Of a stretch of 61,066 nt of DNA, positions 1 to 12,300 are shown in pieces. Under the pieces are notes generated by a model. That model saw only the letters and a program-made list of their open reading frames with translations, made no database searches and was not told the origin of the DNA. Origin of the DNA: Mycobacteriales bacterium. GTDB taxonomy: Bacteria > Actinomycetota > Actinomycetes > Mycobacteriales > CADCTP01. The position numbers and the translations under genes were made by a program. The DNA is taken from contig JBBWZH010000215.1 of NCBI GenBank assembly GCA_039648995.1, positions 1 to 61,066 of the forward strand. The letters run 5' to 3'. The number at the start of each line of letters is the position of its first letter. Position 1 is the stretch's first letter.

Positions 1-3000
1 CCGGCGCGAGCCGCTGCGGCGAGCAGGGCGGCCGGGTCGGCGCAGTCGCCGCCGACCACGGTCAGCCGGCCGCCGTCGTGCTCCACCTCGGTGGCCAGCG
101 CGCCGGCCACCAGCGCGGTCGAGGTCGCCGTCGGGCCGGCCGGGTCGGCCAGCACCACCTGCGCCGCGCCGTTGCGGGCCAGCCAGCGGGCGGCGTGCCC
201 GGCCAGCCCGGCGACCGGGCCGACGATCAGCACCGTGCCGCTCGGCGACCAGCCGTGCCCGCCGGCCGACCGGGCGGCCGGCAGCCGCTCCAGTTGCTGC
301 CGCCCCGGCTCACCCCGGGGCGCGGCGACCCGGTAGTACCAGGTCCGCTGGCGCCGCCACGCGGTCAGCGCCGGCAGCACCTCGGCCAGCGCGGGCCGCT
401 GCCCGGCCGGCAGATCCAGCGCCTGGCCCAGCCCGGCGGCGTCGGCCTGGTCGACCGCGTCCCAGAACCGGGTCTCCGCGGCGGACGCTCTGGCGGGCTC
501 GGCGTCCAGCCAGTAGCGGCGGCGCTGGAACGGGTACGTCGGCAGGTCGACCTCGCCGCCGGGCCGGCCGAGCACAGCCGGCCAGTCCACCGGCAGCCCG
601 TGCAGGCCGGCCAGCGCGACGGCGGCGACCGCCGCCTGGGCGTCGCCCCGGTCGGCCCGCAGCGTCGGGATCACCAGCGGCCGGTCCGCCGGGTCCAGGC
701 AGTCGGGCACCATCGGGGACAGCACCGCGGCCGGGCCGACCTCGACATAGCAGGTGACGCCGAGGTCGCGCAGGGTCCGGACGCCGGTCTCGAAGCGGAC
801 CGCGGCGCGCATGTGCCGGGCCCAGTAGGCCGGCGACCGCAGTTCGCCCGGCCCGCCGACCCGGCCGGTCACGTTGGAGATCACCGGGATCGCGGGCGGC
901 GCGAACGCCAGGCCCTCGGCCACCCGGGTCAGCTCGGCCACCGCGCCGTCCATGTGCGGCGAGTGGAACGCGTGACTGACCCGCAGCCGCTTGGTCCGGT
1001 GCCCGAGCGAGCGCAGCGTCCGGGCCAGGCCGAGCGCGGTCTCCCGGTCGCCGGAGATCACCACCGACGCCGGCCCGTTCACCGCGGCGATGCCGACCCG
1101 CTGTTCGTGGTCGGCCAGCAGCGGCAGCAGGTCGGCCTCGGTGGCCTGCACCGAGATCATGGCCCCGTCGGTGGGCATCTGCTGCATCAGCCGGGCCCGG
1201 GCGGCGACCAGCGCGCAGGCGTCCTCGAGGCCGAGCATGCCGGCCACGTGGGCGGCGGCCAGCTCGCCGATCGAGTGGCCCATCACGTAGTCCGGGGTCA
1301 GTCCCCAGCTCTCCAGCAGCCGGTACAGCGCGACCTCCAGCGCGAACAGCGCCGGCTGGGTGTGCCGGGTCTCGTCCAGCAACGCCGCGTCGGCCTCGTC
1401 CGGGTCGGCGAAGATCACCTCGCGCAGCGGCCGGACCAGGTGCGGGTCGAGGTGGGCACAGGCGGCGTCGAACGCGGCGGCGAACACCGGATAGGTCGCG
1501 TGCAGCTCGCGGCCCATCCCGAGCCGCTGGCTGCCCTGACCGGTGAACAGGAACGCGGTCGCGCCAGTGCTGGAGGGCCCGGCGGCGGTGACCACCCGCG
1601 GGTCGGGCAGGTCCGCGGCCAGCGCGCGCAGGCCGCCGATCAGCTCGTCCGGGCCGGCGGCGACCACCGCGGCCCGGTCTTCCAGCAGCGCCCGCTCGCC
1701 GACCAGCCCGGCGGCGACCCCGGCCAGGTCGACGGGCCCGGCGCCGATGAACCCGGCCAGTTGGTCGGCCTGGGCCTGCAGCGCGGCCCGGCCCCGCGCG
1801 GAGACCAGGTACGGCAGCGGCCCGGCCGGCACCGGCGCGGCGGCCGCCTCGGGCAGCGGCGCCGGCTCGGGCAGCGGCGCCGGCTCGGGCGCGGCCTCCA
1901 GGATCAGGTGCGCGTTCGTGCCGCTGATCCCGAACGCGGACACCGCGGCTCGCCGGGTACGCGGCCCGCCGGCTGGCCACGGCTGCGCCTGCGCGAGCAG
2001 TGCCACCCCGCCGCTGGACCAGTCGACGTGCCTGGACGGCTCGTCGGCGTACCGGCTCGGTGGCAGCGTGCCGTGCCGCAGCGCCATCGCCATCTTGATC
2101 ACGCCGGCCACCCCGGCCGCGGCCTGGGTGTGGCCGATGTTCGACTTCACCGAGCCCAGCCACAGCGGCGCCGCCGCCGGCCGGCCCTTGCCGTACACGG
2201 CGAGCAGCGCCTGCGCCTCGATCGGGTCGCCCAGCGTCGTGCCGGTGCCGTGCCCCTCGACAGCGTCCACATCGGACGGTTCCAGCCCCGCGTCGGCGAG
2301 CGCCTTGCGGATCACCCGCTGCTGGGCCGGGCCGTTCGGGGCGGTCAACCCGTTGCTGGCGCCGTCGGAGTTGACCGCGGAGCCACGGATCACCGCGAGC
2401 ATCCGCCGGCCGTTGCGGACCGCGTCAGACAGCCGCTCCAGCACCAGCACGCCGACGCCCTCGCTGAAGCCGGTGCCGCTGGCCGAGTCGGCGAACGACC
2501 GGCAGCGGCCGTCGGCGGACAGCCCGCGCTGCCGGCTGAACTCGGTGAACAGCCCGGGCGTCGCCAGCACGGTGACGCCGCCGGCCAGCGCCAGCGAGCA
2601 CTCGCCGTGCCGCAGCGCCTGCCCGGCCTGGTGGATCGCGACCAACGAGGACGAGCAGGCGGTGTCGACGGTGATCGCCGGTCCCTCCAGCCCGAACGTG
2701 TACGCGATCCGTCCGGACGCGACGCTGCCGGCGCTGCCGTTGCCGACGAATCCCTCGTACTCGGCCGGGATGCGACCGAGCCGGGCGCCGTAGTCGCCGT
2801 ACATGAGGCCGGCGAACACGCCGGTGTCGCTGCCGCCCAGCGACGTCGGCGGGATGCCGGCCCGCTCCAACGCCTCCCAGGACGCCTCGAGCAGCAGCCG
2901 CTGCTGCGGGTCGGTGGCCAGCGCCTCGCGCGGGCTGAGCCCGAACATCTCGGCGTCGAACTCGTCCGCGTCGTACAGGAACCCGCCGTGCCGGGCGTAG

Positions 3001-3272
3001 GACGTGCCAGGGGAGTCGGGTTCCGGGTCGTACAGCCCGTCCAGGTCCCAGCCGCGGTCGGTGGGGAAGCCGCCGACCGCGTCCGCGCTGGACGCCACCA
3101 GCTCCCACAGCGCCTCGGGGCTCCGGACGCGACCGGGGTAGCGGCAGCTCATCCCAACGATCGCGATCGGCTCGTGTGCCCGCGACTCGACCTCGGCCAG
3201 CCGGGACCGCGTTTGCGCGAGCTCGGTGGTGACCCACTTCAGGTACTCGACGAGCTTCTCTTCGTCGGCCAC
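1..3272 (-). CDS. Type I modular PKS, 5' part (docking-KS-AT(malonyl)-dimerisation element-degenerate KR...), truncated by window edge; module 5 in gene order
   Basis: Absent from the ORF track because it has no stop in the window; translated by hand from GTG at 3272 (GAGAGG RBS upstream): [18 protein letters not shown]...[23 protein letters not shown] and HGTGT; AT FTGQGSQ, GHSIG, HAFH (malonyl); then [23 protein letters not shown] and a KR-like [20 protein letters not shown] with a broken Rossmann motif. Confidence 0.93.
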   Translation of the reverse strand, partial: MADEEKLVEYLKWVTTELAQTRSRLAEVESRAHEPIAIVGMSCRYPGRVRSPEALWELVASSADAVGGFPTDRGWDLDGLYDPEPDSPGTSYARHGGFLYDADEFDAEMFGLSPREALATDPQQRLLLEASWEALERAGIPPTSLGGSDTGVFAGLMYGDYGARLGRIPAEYEGFVGNGSAGSVASGRIAYTFGLEGPAITVDTACSSSLVAIHQAGQALRHGECSLALAGGVTVLATPGLFTEFSRQRGLSADGRCRSFADSASGTGFSEGVGVLVLERLSDAVRNGRRMLAVIRGSAVNSDGASNGLTAPNGPAQQRVIRKALADAGLEPSDVDAVEGHGTGTTLGDPIEAQALLAVYGKGRPAAAPLWLGSVKSNIGHTQAAAGVAGVIKMAMALRHGTLPPSRYADEPSRHVDWSSGGVALLAQAQPWPAGGPRTRRAAVSAFGISGTNAHLILEAAPEPAPLPEPAPLPEAAAAPVPAGPLPYLVSARGRAALQAQADQLAGFIGAGPVDLAGVAAGLVGERALLEDRAAVVAAGPDELIGGLRALAADLPDPRVVTAAGPSSTGATAFLFTGQGSQRLGMGRELHATYPVFAAAFDAACAHLDPHLVRPLREVIFADPDEADAALLDETRHTQPALFALEVALYRLLESWGLTPDYVMGHSIGELAAAHVAGMLGLEDACALVAARARLMQQMPTDGAMISVQATEADLLPLLADHEQRVGIAAVNGPASVVISGDRETALGLARTLRSLGHRTKRLRVSHAFHSPHMDGAVAELTRVAEGLAFAPPAIPVISNVTGRVGGPGELRSPAYWARHMRAAVRFETGVRTLRDLGVTCYVEVGPAAVLSPMVPDCLDPADRPLVIPTLRADRGDAQAAVAAVALAGLHGLPVDWPAVLGRPGGEVDLPTYPFQRRRYWLDAEPARASAAETRFWDAVDQADAAGLGQALDLPAGQRPALAEVLPALTAWRRQRTWYYRVAAPRGEPGRQQLERLPAARSAGGHGWSPSGTVLIVGPVAGLAGHAARWLARNGAAQVVLADPAGPTATSTALVAGALATEVEHDGGRLTVVGGDCADPAALLAAAARA
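1848..1890. repeat. 18-bp tandem repeat (about 2.4 copies) in the KS-AT linker, encoding PEPAPL repeats
   Basis: CTCGGGCAGCGGCGCCGG at 1848-1865 and 1866-1883, plus partial CTCGGGC at 1884-1890. Confidence 0.8.
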
Positions 3273-3311
3273 AGGCGAACCTCTCTTGATAACGCTGGTG
3301 GGCGCGGGCGG

Positions 3312-6300
3312 TCAGCGGACCGCTCGGCCGAGCTGGTTGTCGATGAAGTCGAAGATCTCGACCGCGCTCGCGGCGGCCAACTGGTCGGAGACGGCGCCCG
3401 CCGAATCGGCGCCGCCTTCCAAGCGGGCCAGGATCGCCCGCAGCCGGCTGGCGATCAGCGGCCGCTGCGGGTCGGCATCGCCGATGCCGGCGAGTTCGGC
3501 CTCCAGCCCGTCGAGGTCGACCGGCACCGGGCCCGGCTCGCCGGTGGCCAGCTCGGCGCGCAGGTAGCCGGCCAGGCCGGCCGGGGTGGGGTAGTCGAAG
3601 ACCAGCGTGGCCGGCAGCCGCAGCCCGGTGCCGGCGCCGAGCCGGTTCCGCAGCTCCAGCGCGGTGAGCGAGTCGAAGCCGATTTCGGTGAACGTGCGGT
3701 CCAGCTCGATCGCCCGCGGGTTCGGGTGGCCGAGCACGGCCGCCACGGTGCTGGCGAGCAGGTCCCGGATCACCTGGTCCTGCTCCCGCCCGGCCAGCCC
3801 GGCCAGCCGGCGGGCCAGCTCGTCGGCGCCGCCGGCGGCGCCGGCCTGCCGGTCCGCGGGCCGGACCAGGTCGGCGAACAGCGCCGGCAGCGTCCCGGCC
3901 CGGGCCCGCGAGCGCAGAGCCGCGCCGTCGAGCCGGACCGGTGCCAGCAGCGGGCCGCCGCCGGCCAGGGCCCGGTCGAACAGGGCCACCCCGAGGTCGG
4001 CGCCGAGCGGCAGCAGGCCGCTGCGGCGCAGCCGGGCCGTGTCCGCCGCGCCGGTCAGCTCGCTGGCCGGCGCCCACAGCCCCCAGGCCAGCGAGATGGC
4101 CGGCAGCCCGGCCGCGGCCCGCTGGCTGGCCAGGCCGTCCAGCACCGCGTTCGCGGCCGCGTAGCTGGCCTGGCCCGGGCTGCCGGCGACGCCCGCGAAC
4201 GAGGAGAACAGCACGAACGCCGCCAGCTCCCGGGTCAGCTCGTGCAGGTGCAGCGCGGCGTCCACCTTCGGCCGCAGCACCGCGTCGACCCGCTCGGGGG
4301 TCAGCGCGTCCAGCACGCCGTCGTCCAGCACGCCGGCCGCGTGGACCACCGCACGCACCGGGTGCCCGGCCGGCACCGCGGCCAGCACCGCGGCCAGCTC
4401 GGCGCGGTCCGCGACGTCGGCGGCGGCGATCGTGACCTCAGCGCCCAGCTCCCGCAGCTCGCCGGCCAGCTCCGCTGTGCCGGGGCTGCCCGGGCCGCGC
4501 CGGCTGACCAGCAGCAGGTGCCGCACCCCGGCGGTGCCGGCCAGGTGCCGGGCGAGCAGCCCGCCGAGCACGCCGGTGCCACCGGTGATCAGCACCGTCC
4601 CGTCCGGGTCCCAGGGTGCCGCCGCGGGCCCGGCCGCCGGGGCCGGCGCCAGCCGGGGTACGTGCACGGCGCCGGCCCGGATCGCGAGCTGCGGTTCGCC
4701 GGTGGCCAGCGCCGCCGGGATCGCGGCCGGGGAGTCCGGGTGGTCGTCCAGGTCGAGCAGCACGTACGTGCCCGGCCGTTCGGCCTGCGCGGTGCGGGCC
4801 AGCCCCCACGCCGCCGCGCCGGCCAGGTCGCGGACGGGGTCGCCGGGCCCGGTGCTGACCGCGCCGCGGGTCGCCAGCACCAGCGTCGCGCCCGGCCGTT
4901 CCACGGCCTGCCAACCCTTGGCGAGCGCGAGCACCCGGCCGGTCGCCGCCCGCACCGCGCCGGCCGGGTCGGTCTCGGCCGGGTCGGCGCCCGCCCAGGC
5001 GAACGCGACGGTCGGCGGCGGGTCGGGGACGGCAGCGAGGTCGGGGTACCGGGGCACCTCGACGCCACCGGCGGCCAGTCCGGGCGCCAGGGCCAGCGGG
5101 CCGGCGCCGATCAGCGCCCAGCCCCCGGGCGGCGGCCCGGCGGGCGCGTCGACGACCGGCCAGTGCAGCGCGTACAGGGCGCTGCGCAGGTCCACCCGCA
5201 GGTTGCGGAGCGCGTCCAGCGGGGTGTCCCGGACGGTGAGCGAGTCGATCGTGGCGACCGGGGCGCCGGTGTCGTCGGCCACCGCGACCGCCACCGCGTC
5301 CGGCCCGGACGGGCGGAGCCGGACCCGCAGCGCGGTCGCGCCGGCCCGGTGCAGCGTGACGCCGGACCAACCGAACGGCAGCGGCACCGTCCGCGTCTCG
5401 CCGGCGGCGGCCGGCCGGGCCAGCGCGAGCGCGTGCAGGGCGGCGTCCAGCAGCGCCGGGTGCAGCCGGAACCCGGCGTGCGCCGCGGTCGCCGGCAACC
5501 GCACCTCGGCGTAGATCTCGGCGCCCACCTGCCAGGCCGCCCGCAGGCCTTGGAACGCCGGTCCGTAGGCGAGGCCGAGCTCGGCCAGCCGCTCGTAGCC
5601 GCCGGCGACCTCGATCGGCACCGCGCCGGCCGGTGGCCAGGCCGCCGGCCACGGGTCGGGCGCACCGGCCGGGCCGTCGGGCGGGCCGCCCGCGGGCCGG
5701 CTGCCGGGCGGGCCGCCGGCGGGGTGGCCGAGCAGGCCGCTGGCGTGCCGCGTCCAACCCCGGCCGGCACCGTCCGATTCGGACGGTCGCGAGTGGATGC
5801 TGACCGGCCGCTGGCCGCCGGGAAGCCGACCGCCCACGGTCACCCGCAGCTGGGCGGTGTCGTCCCCGGCCAGCACCATCGGCGCTTCCAGCGTGACCTC
5901 GTCCACCCGGTCGCAGCCGACCTCCTCGCCGGCCCGCAGCGCCATCTCGACGAACGCGGTGCCGGGCAGCAGCGTCGCGCCGCCGGCCACGTGATCGGCC
6001 AGCCACGGCGCGGTGCGGGCGCTGAGCTGCCCGGTGAGCGTGACCGAGTCGCCCTCGACGTCGTCTACGACCGCCGCCAGCAGCGGGTGGTCGGTGCCGG
6101 CCAGCCCGAGGCCGGCCGCGTCGCCCGGTTCGGCCGGCGCGTCCAGCCAGTACCGGGTGCGCCGGAACTGGTAGGTGGGCAGGTCGACCCGGGCCGTCGG
6201 GCCGCCGAACGCGGCCGGCCACCGCACCGGCAGCCCGTGCGCGTACGCCTCGCCGGCCGACAGCAGGAACCGGTCCAGGCCGCCCTCACCGCGGCGCAGC

Positions 6301-9300
6301 GAGCCCAGCGCCGCCGCGGCGGACCGCCCTTCGGCGCACCCGGCCGCCTCGATCGTCTCCTGCAGGCCCACGGTCAGCACCGGGTGCGCGCTCACCTCCA
6401 CGAACACCCGGTGTCCGCGGTCGAGCAGGGCCCGGGTGGCGCGCTCGAACTGGACGGTGTCGCGCAGGTTGTCGAACCAGTAGCCGGCGTCCAGGGCAGC
6501 CGTGTCGAGCAGGTCGCCGGTGGTGGCCGAGTAGTACGCCACGTCGGCCGGGCGGGGCGTGATGCCGGCCAGGTCGGCCAGCAGCCGGTCGCGCAGCGCG
6601 TCCATCTGCGCGGAGTGCGAGGCGTAGTCGACCGGGATCCGGCGGGCCCGCAGCCCGTCGGCGACCGCCGCCGCGACCAGCTCCCCGACCGCGTCCGGGG
6701 TCCCGGACACCACCGTCGACTGTGGACCGTTGACCGCGGCCACCGAGAGCCGGCCGTCCCAGCGGGCGATCCGGTCACGCACCGCGGCGACCGGCGCCGC
6801 CACCGAGGCCATCGCCCCGGCGCCCGCCGCCAGCGCCGCCACCGCCTGGCTGCGCAGCGCGACCACCCGGGCGGCGTCGTCCAGGCTGAGCGCGCCGGCC
6901 ACCGCGGCCGCGGCGATCTCGCCCTGCGAGTGGCCGACCACGGCGGCCGGCGTCACCCCGTACGACCGCCAGAGCTCGGCCAGGGCCACCATCACCGCGA
7001 ACAGCGCCGGCTGCACCACGTCGACCCGCTCCAGCACCGGCGCCGGCAGTTCGCCACGGACCGCGTCGATCAGCGACCAGTCCAGGTGCGGGCGCAGCGC
7101 CTCGGCGCAGGCGTGCAGCCGGTCCCGGAACACCGGCGCGGTGTCGAGCAGTTCGGCCGCCATCCCGGCCCACTGCGAGCCCTGGCCCGGGAAGACGAAC
7201 ACCACCGGCTTCGGGTCGAAGCCGACGCCGGTCACCAGGTTCGGCGCCGGCACCCCGGCCGCGGCCGCACGCAGCCCGGCGAGCAGGCCGGCCCGGTCCC
7301 GGTCCACGACGACCGCCCGGTGCTCCAGCGTGGCCCGGCCGCCGTACAGCGAGCCGGCAACGTCCACAATGGACAGATCCGGGTGCGCCTCGGCGTGCCG
7401 CAACAACGCACCCGCCTGTGCCCGCAGCGCCGGCCCATCCCGGCCGGACAGCACCCACGGCGTCACCGGGCCGGCCGCCGGCGCGTCAGCGTCCACCGTG
7501 GACGCCGGATCCGGTTCCGGCGCGGGGCCGGGGGCCTGCTCCAGGATCGCGTGCGCGTTGGTGCCGCTGATCCCGAACGAGGACACCGCGAACCGGCGCG
7601 GCCGGGTGCGGTCCGGCCACGGCACGGCCTCGCGCAGCAGCGCCACCGTGCCGGCGGACCAGTCGACGTGCGGGGACGGCTCATCGACGTGCAGCGTGGG
7701 CGGCAGTTCGCCGTGCCGCAGCGCCTGCACCATCTTGATCACGCCGGCCACCGCGGCGGCGGCTAGCGTGTGGCCGATGTTCGACTTGATCGAGCCGAGC
7801 CAGAGCGGGGCGTCCGCGGGCCGGTCGCGGCCGTAGGTCGCCAGCAGCGCCTGCGCCTCGATCGGGTCGCCGAGCGCGGTGCCGGTGCCGTGCGCCTCGA
7901 CCGCGTCCACATCGGACGGTCCGAGCCCAGCGGCAGCCAGCGCCTGCCGGATCACCCGCTGCTGCGCCGGGCCGTTCGGGGCGGCCAGCCCGTTGCTGGC
8001 GCCGTCGGAGTTGACCGCGGAGCCGCGGACCACGGCCAGCACCTGGTGGCCGTTGCGGCGCGCGTCGGAGAGCCGTTCGAGCAGCAGCAGGCCGGCGCCC
8101 TCGCCCCAGCCGGTGCCGTCCGCGTCCGCGCCGAACGCCTTGCACCGGCCGTCGGCGGACAGCCCGCGCTGCCGGCTGAACTCGATGAATGTGTTCGGCG
8201 TGGACATCACCGCGACCCCGCCGGCGACGGCGAGGCTGCACTCGCCGGCCCGCAGCGACTGGCAGGCCAGGTGTAGCGCGACCAGCGAGGACGAGCAGGC
8301 GGTGTCCACCGTGATCGCCGGCCCCTCCAGGCCGAAGCTGTACGCGACCCGGCCGGAGGCGACGCTGGTGGTGTTCCCGGTGATCAGCAGACCCTCGACG
8401 TCGGCGGGGATGTTGCGTAGCCGGGAGGCGTACTCGCCGGCGATCACCCCGGCGAACACGCCGGTACGGCTGCCGGCGAGGCTTGTCGGGTCGATGCCGG
8501 CCCGCTCGAACAGCTCCCACGTGGTCTCCAGCAACAGCCGCTGTTGCGGGTCGGTGGCGAGCGCCTCGCGCGGGCTGAGCAGGAACAGGCCGGCGTCGAA
8601 CTCGTCCGCGTCGGCCAGGAAGCCGCCCTTGTCGGTGTAGCTGCGGCCGGGGCGGTCCGGGTCGGGGTCGTAGAGCCGGGCCAGGTCCCAACCGCGGTTG
8701 GTGGGGAAGTCGCCGATCGCGTCGGTTCCGTCCCGGACCAGCCGCCACAGGTCCTCCGGGGTGCGGACCCCGCCGGGGTAGCGGCAGCTCATCGCGACGA
8801 CCGCGACCGGCTCGTCCACTGTGGACACGGCCGGCGCGGCGGGGCCATCGGGGGTGGCGCCGGCTGTGCCGAGCAGTTCGGCGCGCAGGAACGCGGTGAG
8901 CGCCGCGGTGGTGGGGTGATCGAACAGCAGAGTGGCCGGCAGCCGCAGGTCGGTCGCCGCATTCAGCCGGTTCCGCAGCTCCACCGCCGTCAGCGAGTCG
9001 AAGCCCAGCGTGCTGAACGCCCGGTCGGCCTCGATCAGCTCGGCCGCGCCGTGCCCGAGCACCACCGCCACCTGGCCGCGCACCAGGTCGCCCAGCGCCC
9101 GATCCTGCTCGGCCGTGGGCAGCCCGAGCAGCCGGCCGCGCAGGCCGGGGGCGCCGGCCGCGGAGTCGGCCGTGGCGGCGCGCCGGGTGGGCTGGCGGAC
9201 CAGGCCGCGCAGCAGCGCGGGCAGGTCGCCGGCACCGGCCCGGGCCCGCAGGGCGGCCTGGTCGAGCCGGGCCGGCACCACCGCCGGCCGCCCGGCCGCC

Positions 9301-12300
9301 AGCGCCGCGTCGAGCAGGGCCAGCCCGTCGCCGACCGGCAGCGGCACGGCGCCGGAGCGGGCGAGCCGGGCCCGGTCCGCGTCGGCCAGCCGCGCGGTCA
9401 TCCCACCGGTCGGCTGCCACGGGCCCCAGGCCAGCGCCATTGCCGGCAGGCCGCGGCGGTACCGGTGCTCGGCGAGCGCATCCAGGAAGGCGTTGCCGGC
9501 CGCGTAGTTCGCCTGCGCTGGGTTGCCGGCGATGCCGGCGAGCGAGGAGAACAGCACGAACGCGGCCAGGTCCGCGCCGCCGGTCAGCTCGTGCAGGTTG
9601 ACCGCGGCGTCCACTTTGGACCGCAGGACGTGCTCGAGCTGCCCGGGGGTGAGCCGGTCGAGCGGAGCGTCGTCGAGCACACCGGCCAGGTGCAGCACCC
9701 CGGTCAGCGGGTGACCGGCCGGCACCGCGGCCAGCACCGCGGCCAGCGACTCCCGGTCGGCGGCGTCGCAGGCGGCGGCCGTGACCTCGGCGCCCAGTTC
9801 GGCCAGCTCGGCCCGCAGTTCGGCGACCCCATCCGCGTCCGGCCCGCGCCGGCTGGCCAGCAGCAGGTGCCGGGCGCCGTGCGCGGTGACAAGGTGCCGG
9901 GCCACGTGCCGGCCCAGGCCGCCGGCGCCACCGGTGATCAGCACGGTCCCGTCCGGGTCGAGCGGCGCGGGCAGCGTGAGTACCACCTTGCCGACGTGCC
10001 GGGCCTGGCTGAGGTAGCGGACCGCCTGCCGGGCCTGCCGCACGTCCCATACGGTCACCGGCAGCGGCCGCACCTGCCCGCTCTCGAACAGCGCCGACAG
10101 GGTGGCCAGCAGCCGGCGGTGTTCGTCCGGGCCGGCGTCGTTGAGGTCGAACGGCTGGTAGCTGATGCCCGGGTAGCGGGCGTGCATCTGCGCCACGTCC
10201 CGGATGTCGGTCTTGCCCATCTCCAGGAACCGGCCGCCGGAGCCGAGCAGCCCGGCGGAGGCGTCGACGAACTCGCCGGCCAGCGAGTTGAGCACGACGT
10301 CCACGGCGCGGCCAGCGAACCGGTCGGCGAAGGACAGGTCGCGCGACGACGTGATGTCCGCGTCGGCCAGGCCCTCGGCTCGCAGCGTGTCCCACTTCCC
10401 GGGGCTGGCCGTGCCGTAGACCTCGGCGCCGAGGTGCCGGGCCAGCCGGGTAGCCGCGATCCCGACACCGCCGGCGGCGGCGTGCACGAGCACCGCCTCG
10501 CCGGCCCGTAGCCCGCCCAGGTCGACCAGGCCGTGGTAGGCGGTCATGAACGCGATCGGGGCCGCCGCGGCCTGCGGGTACGACCAGCCGGTGGGGATCG
10601 GGGCGAGCAGCCGCCGGTCGGTCACCGCCACCGGGGTGATCGCGCCGGCGATCAGGCCCATCACCCGATCTCCCGGAGCCAGGTCGGTCACGTCCGACGC
10701 GACCTCCAGCACGACGCCGGCGCCCTCGCTGCCGAACGGCGCCTCGCCGGGGTACATGCCCAGCGCCAGCAGCACGTCCCGGAAGTTCAGCGCCGCGGCG
10801 CGAACCGCGAGCCGGACATGGCCGGCCGGCAGCGGCGCGGTCGCGGAGTCGGCCGGCACCAGTGCCAGGTTCTGCAGGGAGCCGGCGGCGGTGACGTCCA
10901 GCCGCCACGAGCCGGGCCCGGGCGGTGGGGTGAGCGGCTCGTCGGCCACCGCCAGCCTCGGCGCCCAGGCGTCCCCGGCGCGGACGGCCAGTTGCGGTTC
11001 ACCGCTGGCCAGGGCGCCCGGCAGCACCTGGTACGAGGCCGGCGCCCCGTCGACGTCGACGAGGACGACCCGGCCCGGGTACTCGGACTGAGCGGTCCGC
11101 GCCAGCCCCCACAGCGGCGCCTGGGTGAGCCCGTCGACGGCCTCGCCGGCGCCGGCGGCGACCGCCCCGCGGGTAAGCACGACCAGCCGGCAGTCGCCGA
11201 GCCGCTCGTCGCCGAGCGCGTCCTGCAGCAGCCCCAGCATCCGCGCGGTGCCCCGCCGCGCCGCCGCGGCCGTCCGCTCGCCCGGCCCCACCGGGTCGGC
11301 GGTGTCGGCGCAGAGGATCACCGTGGCCGGCGGCGGCCCGGCGCCGGCCCCGTCCAGGTCGGGATGGCCGGTGGCGGTGGGGCCGGCGGCGAGCACGGCG
11401 GCCGGTAGCGCGCCGGTGCCGACCACGGCCCAACCGCCGCCCGGCTCGGCCGCCGGCAGCGGCACCGGCGCCCAGTCGACGTGGTAGAGCGGCCCGGTCG
11501 GCGGCGCCGCGGTGAGCTGGTCGGCCCGGATCGCCCGCAGCACCAGCGAGTCGACGCTCAGCACCGGCGCGCCGGCCACGTCGGTCAGGTCGACGGTGAC
11601 CGCGCCGCCGCCGGCCGGGCGCAGCCGGGCCCGGACGGTGCTGGCGCCGGTCGAATGCAGGCTCACCCCGGACCAGGAGAACGGCACCCGCAGGCCGTCC
11701 TGCGAGTCGCCGGCGGCGGCCAGTTCGAGGTCGGCGAGCGGGTGCAGCGCCGCGTCGAGCAGTGCTGGGTGCAGGCCGAAGCCGGCAGCCGCGGCGGCGT
11801 CCGGCAGCCGCAGCTCGGCGTACACCTCGTCGCCGCGCCGCCAGGCCGCCCGCACCAGCTGGAACGCCGGGCCGTAGCGGTAGCCGCGGGCGGCCAGCCG
11901 GTCGTAGAGGCCGGCGGTGTCCAGCGGGTCGGCACCGGGCGGCGGCCACGCGCCGGCGTCGCCCGCGGTGGCCGGGCCGGTGGTGGGGTCGGCGGCGGTG
12001 ACGGTGCCGGTGGCGTGGCAGGTCCAGCCGCCACCGCCGCCGGCCAGGTCGACACCGTCGCCGGCGGACAGCCGGGAGTGGATGGCGAACGACCGGTCGC
12101 CGGCCCCGTCCGGCGCTCCGACAGTGACCTGCAGGTCGGTGGCCCCGGCGGCGGCCAGGATCAGCGGCGCGGCCAGCACCAGCTCGGCCAGCCGGCCGCA
12201 GCCGACCCGGTCGCCGGCGTGCACGGCCAGGTCGACCAGCGCGGTGCCGGGCACCAGGACGGTGCCGGCGACGGCGTGGTCGGCCAGCCACGGGTGGGTG

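Noticed and set aside
7740-7790. KS4 motif [10 protein letters not shown] in place of [10 protein letters not shown] as a sign of inactivation
   Set aside because: The catalytic Cys and both His residues are present; no grounds to call it inactive.
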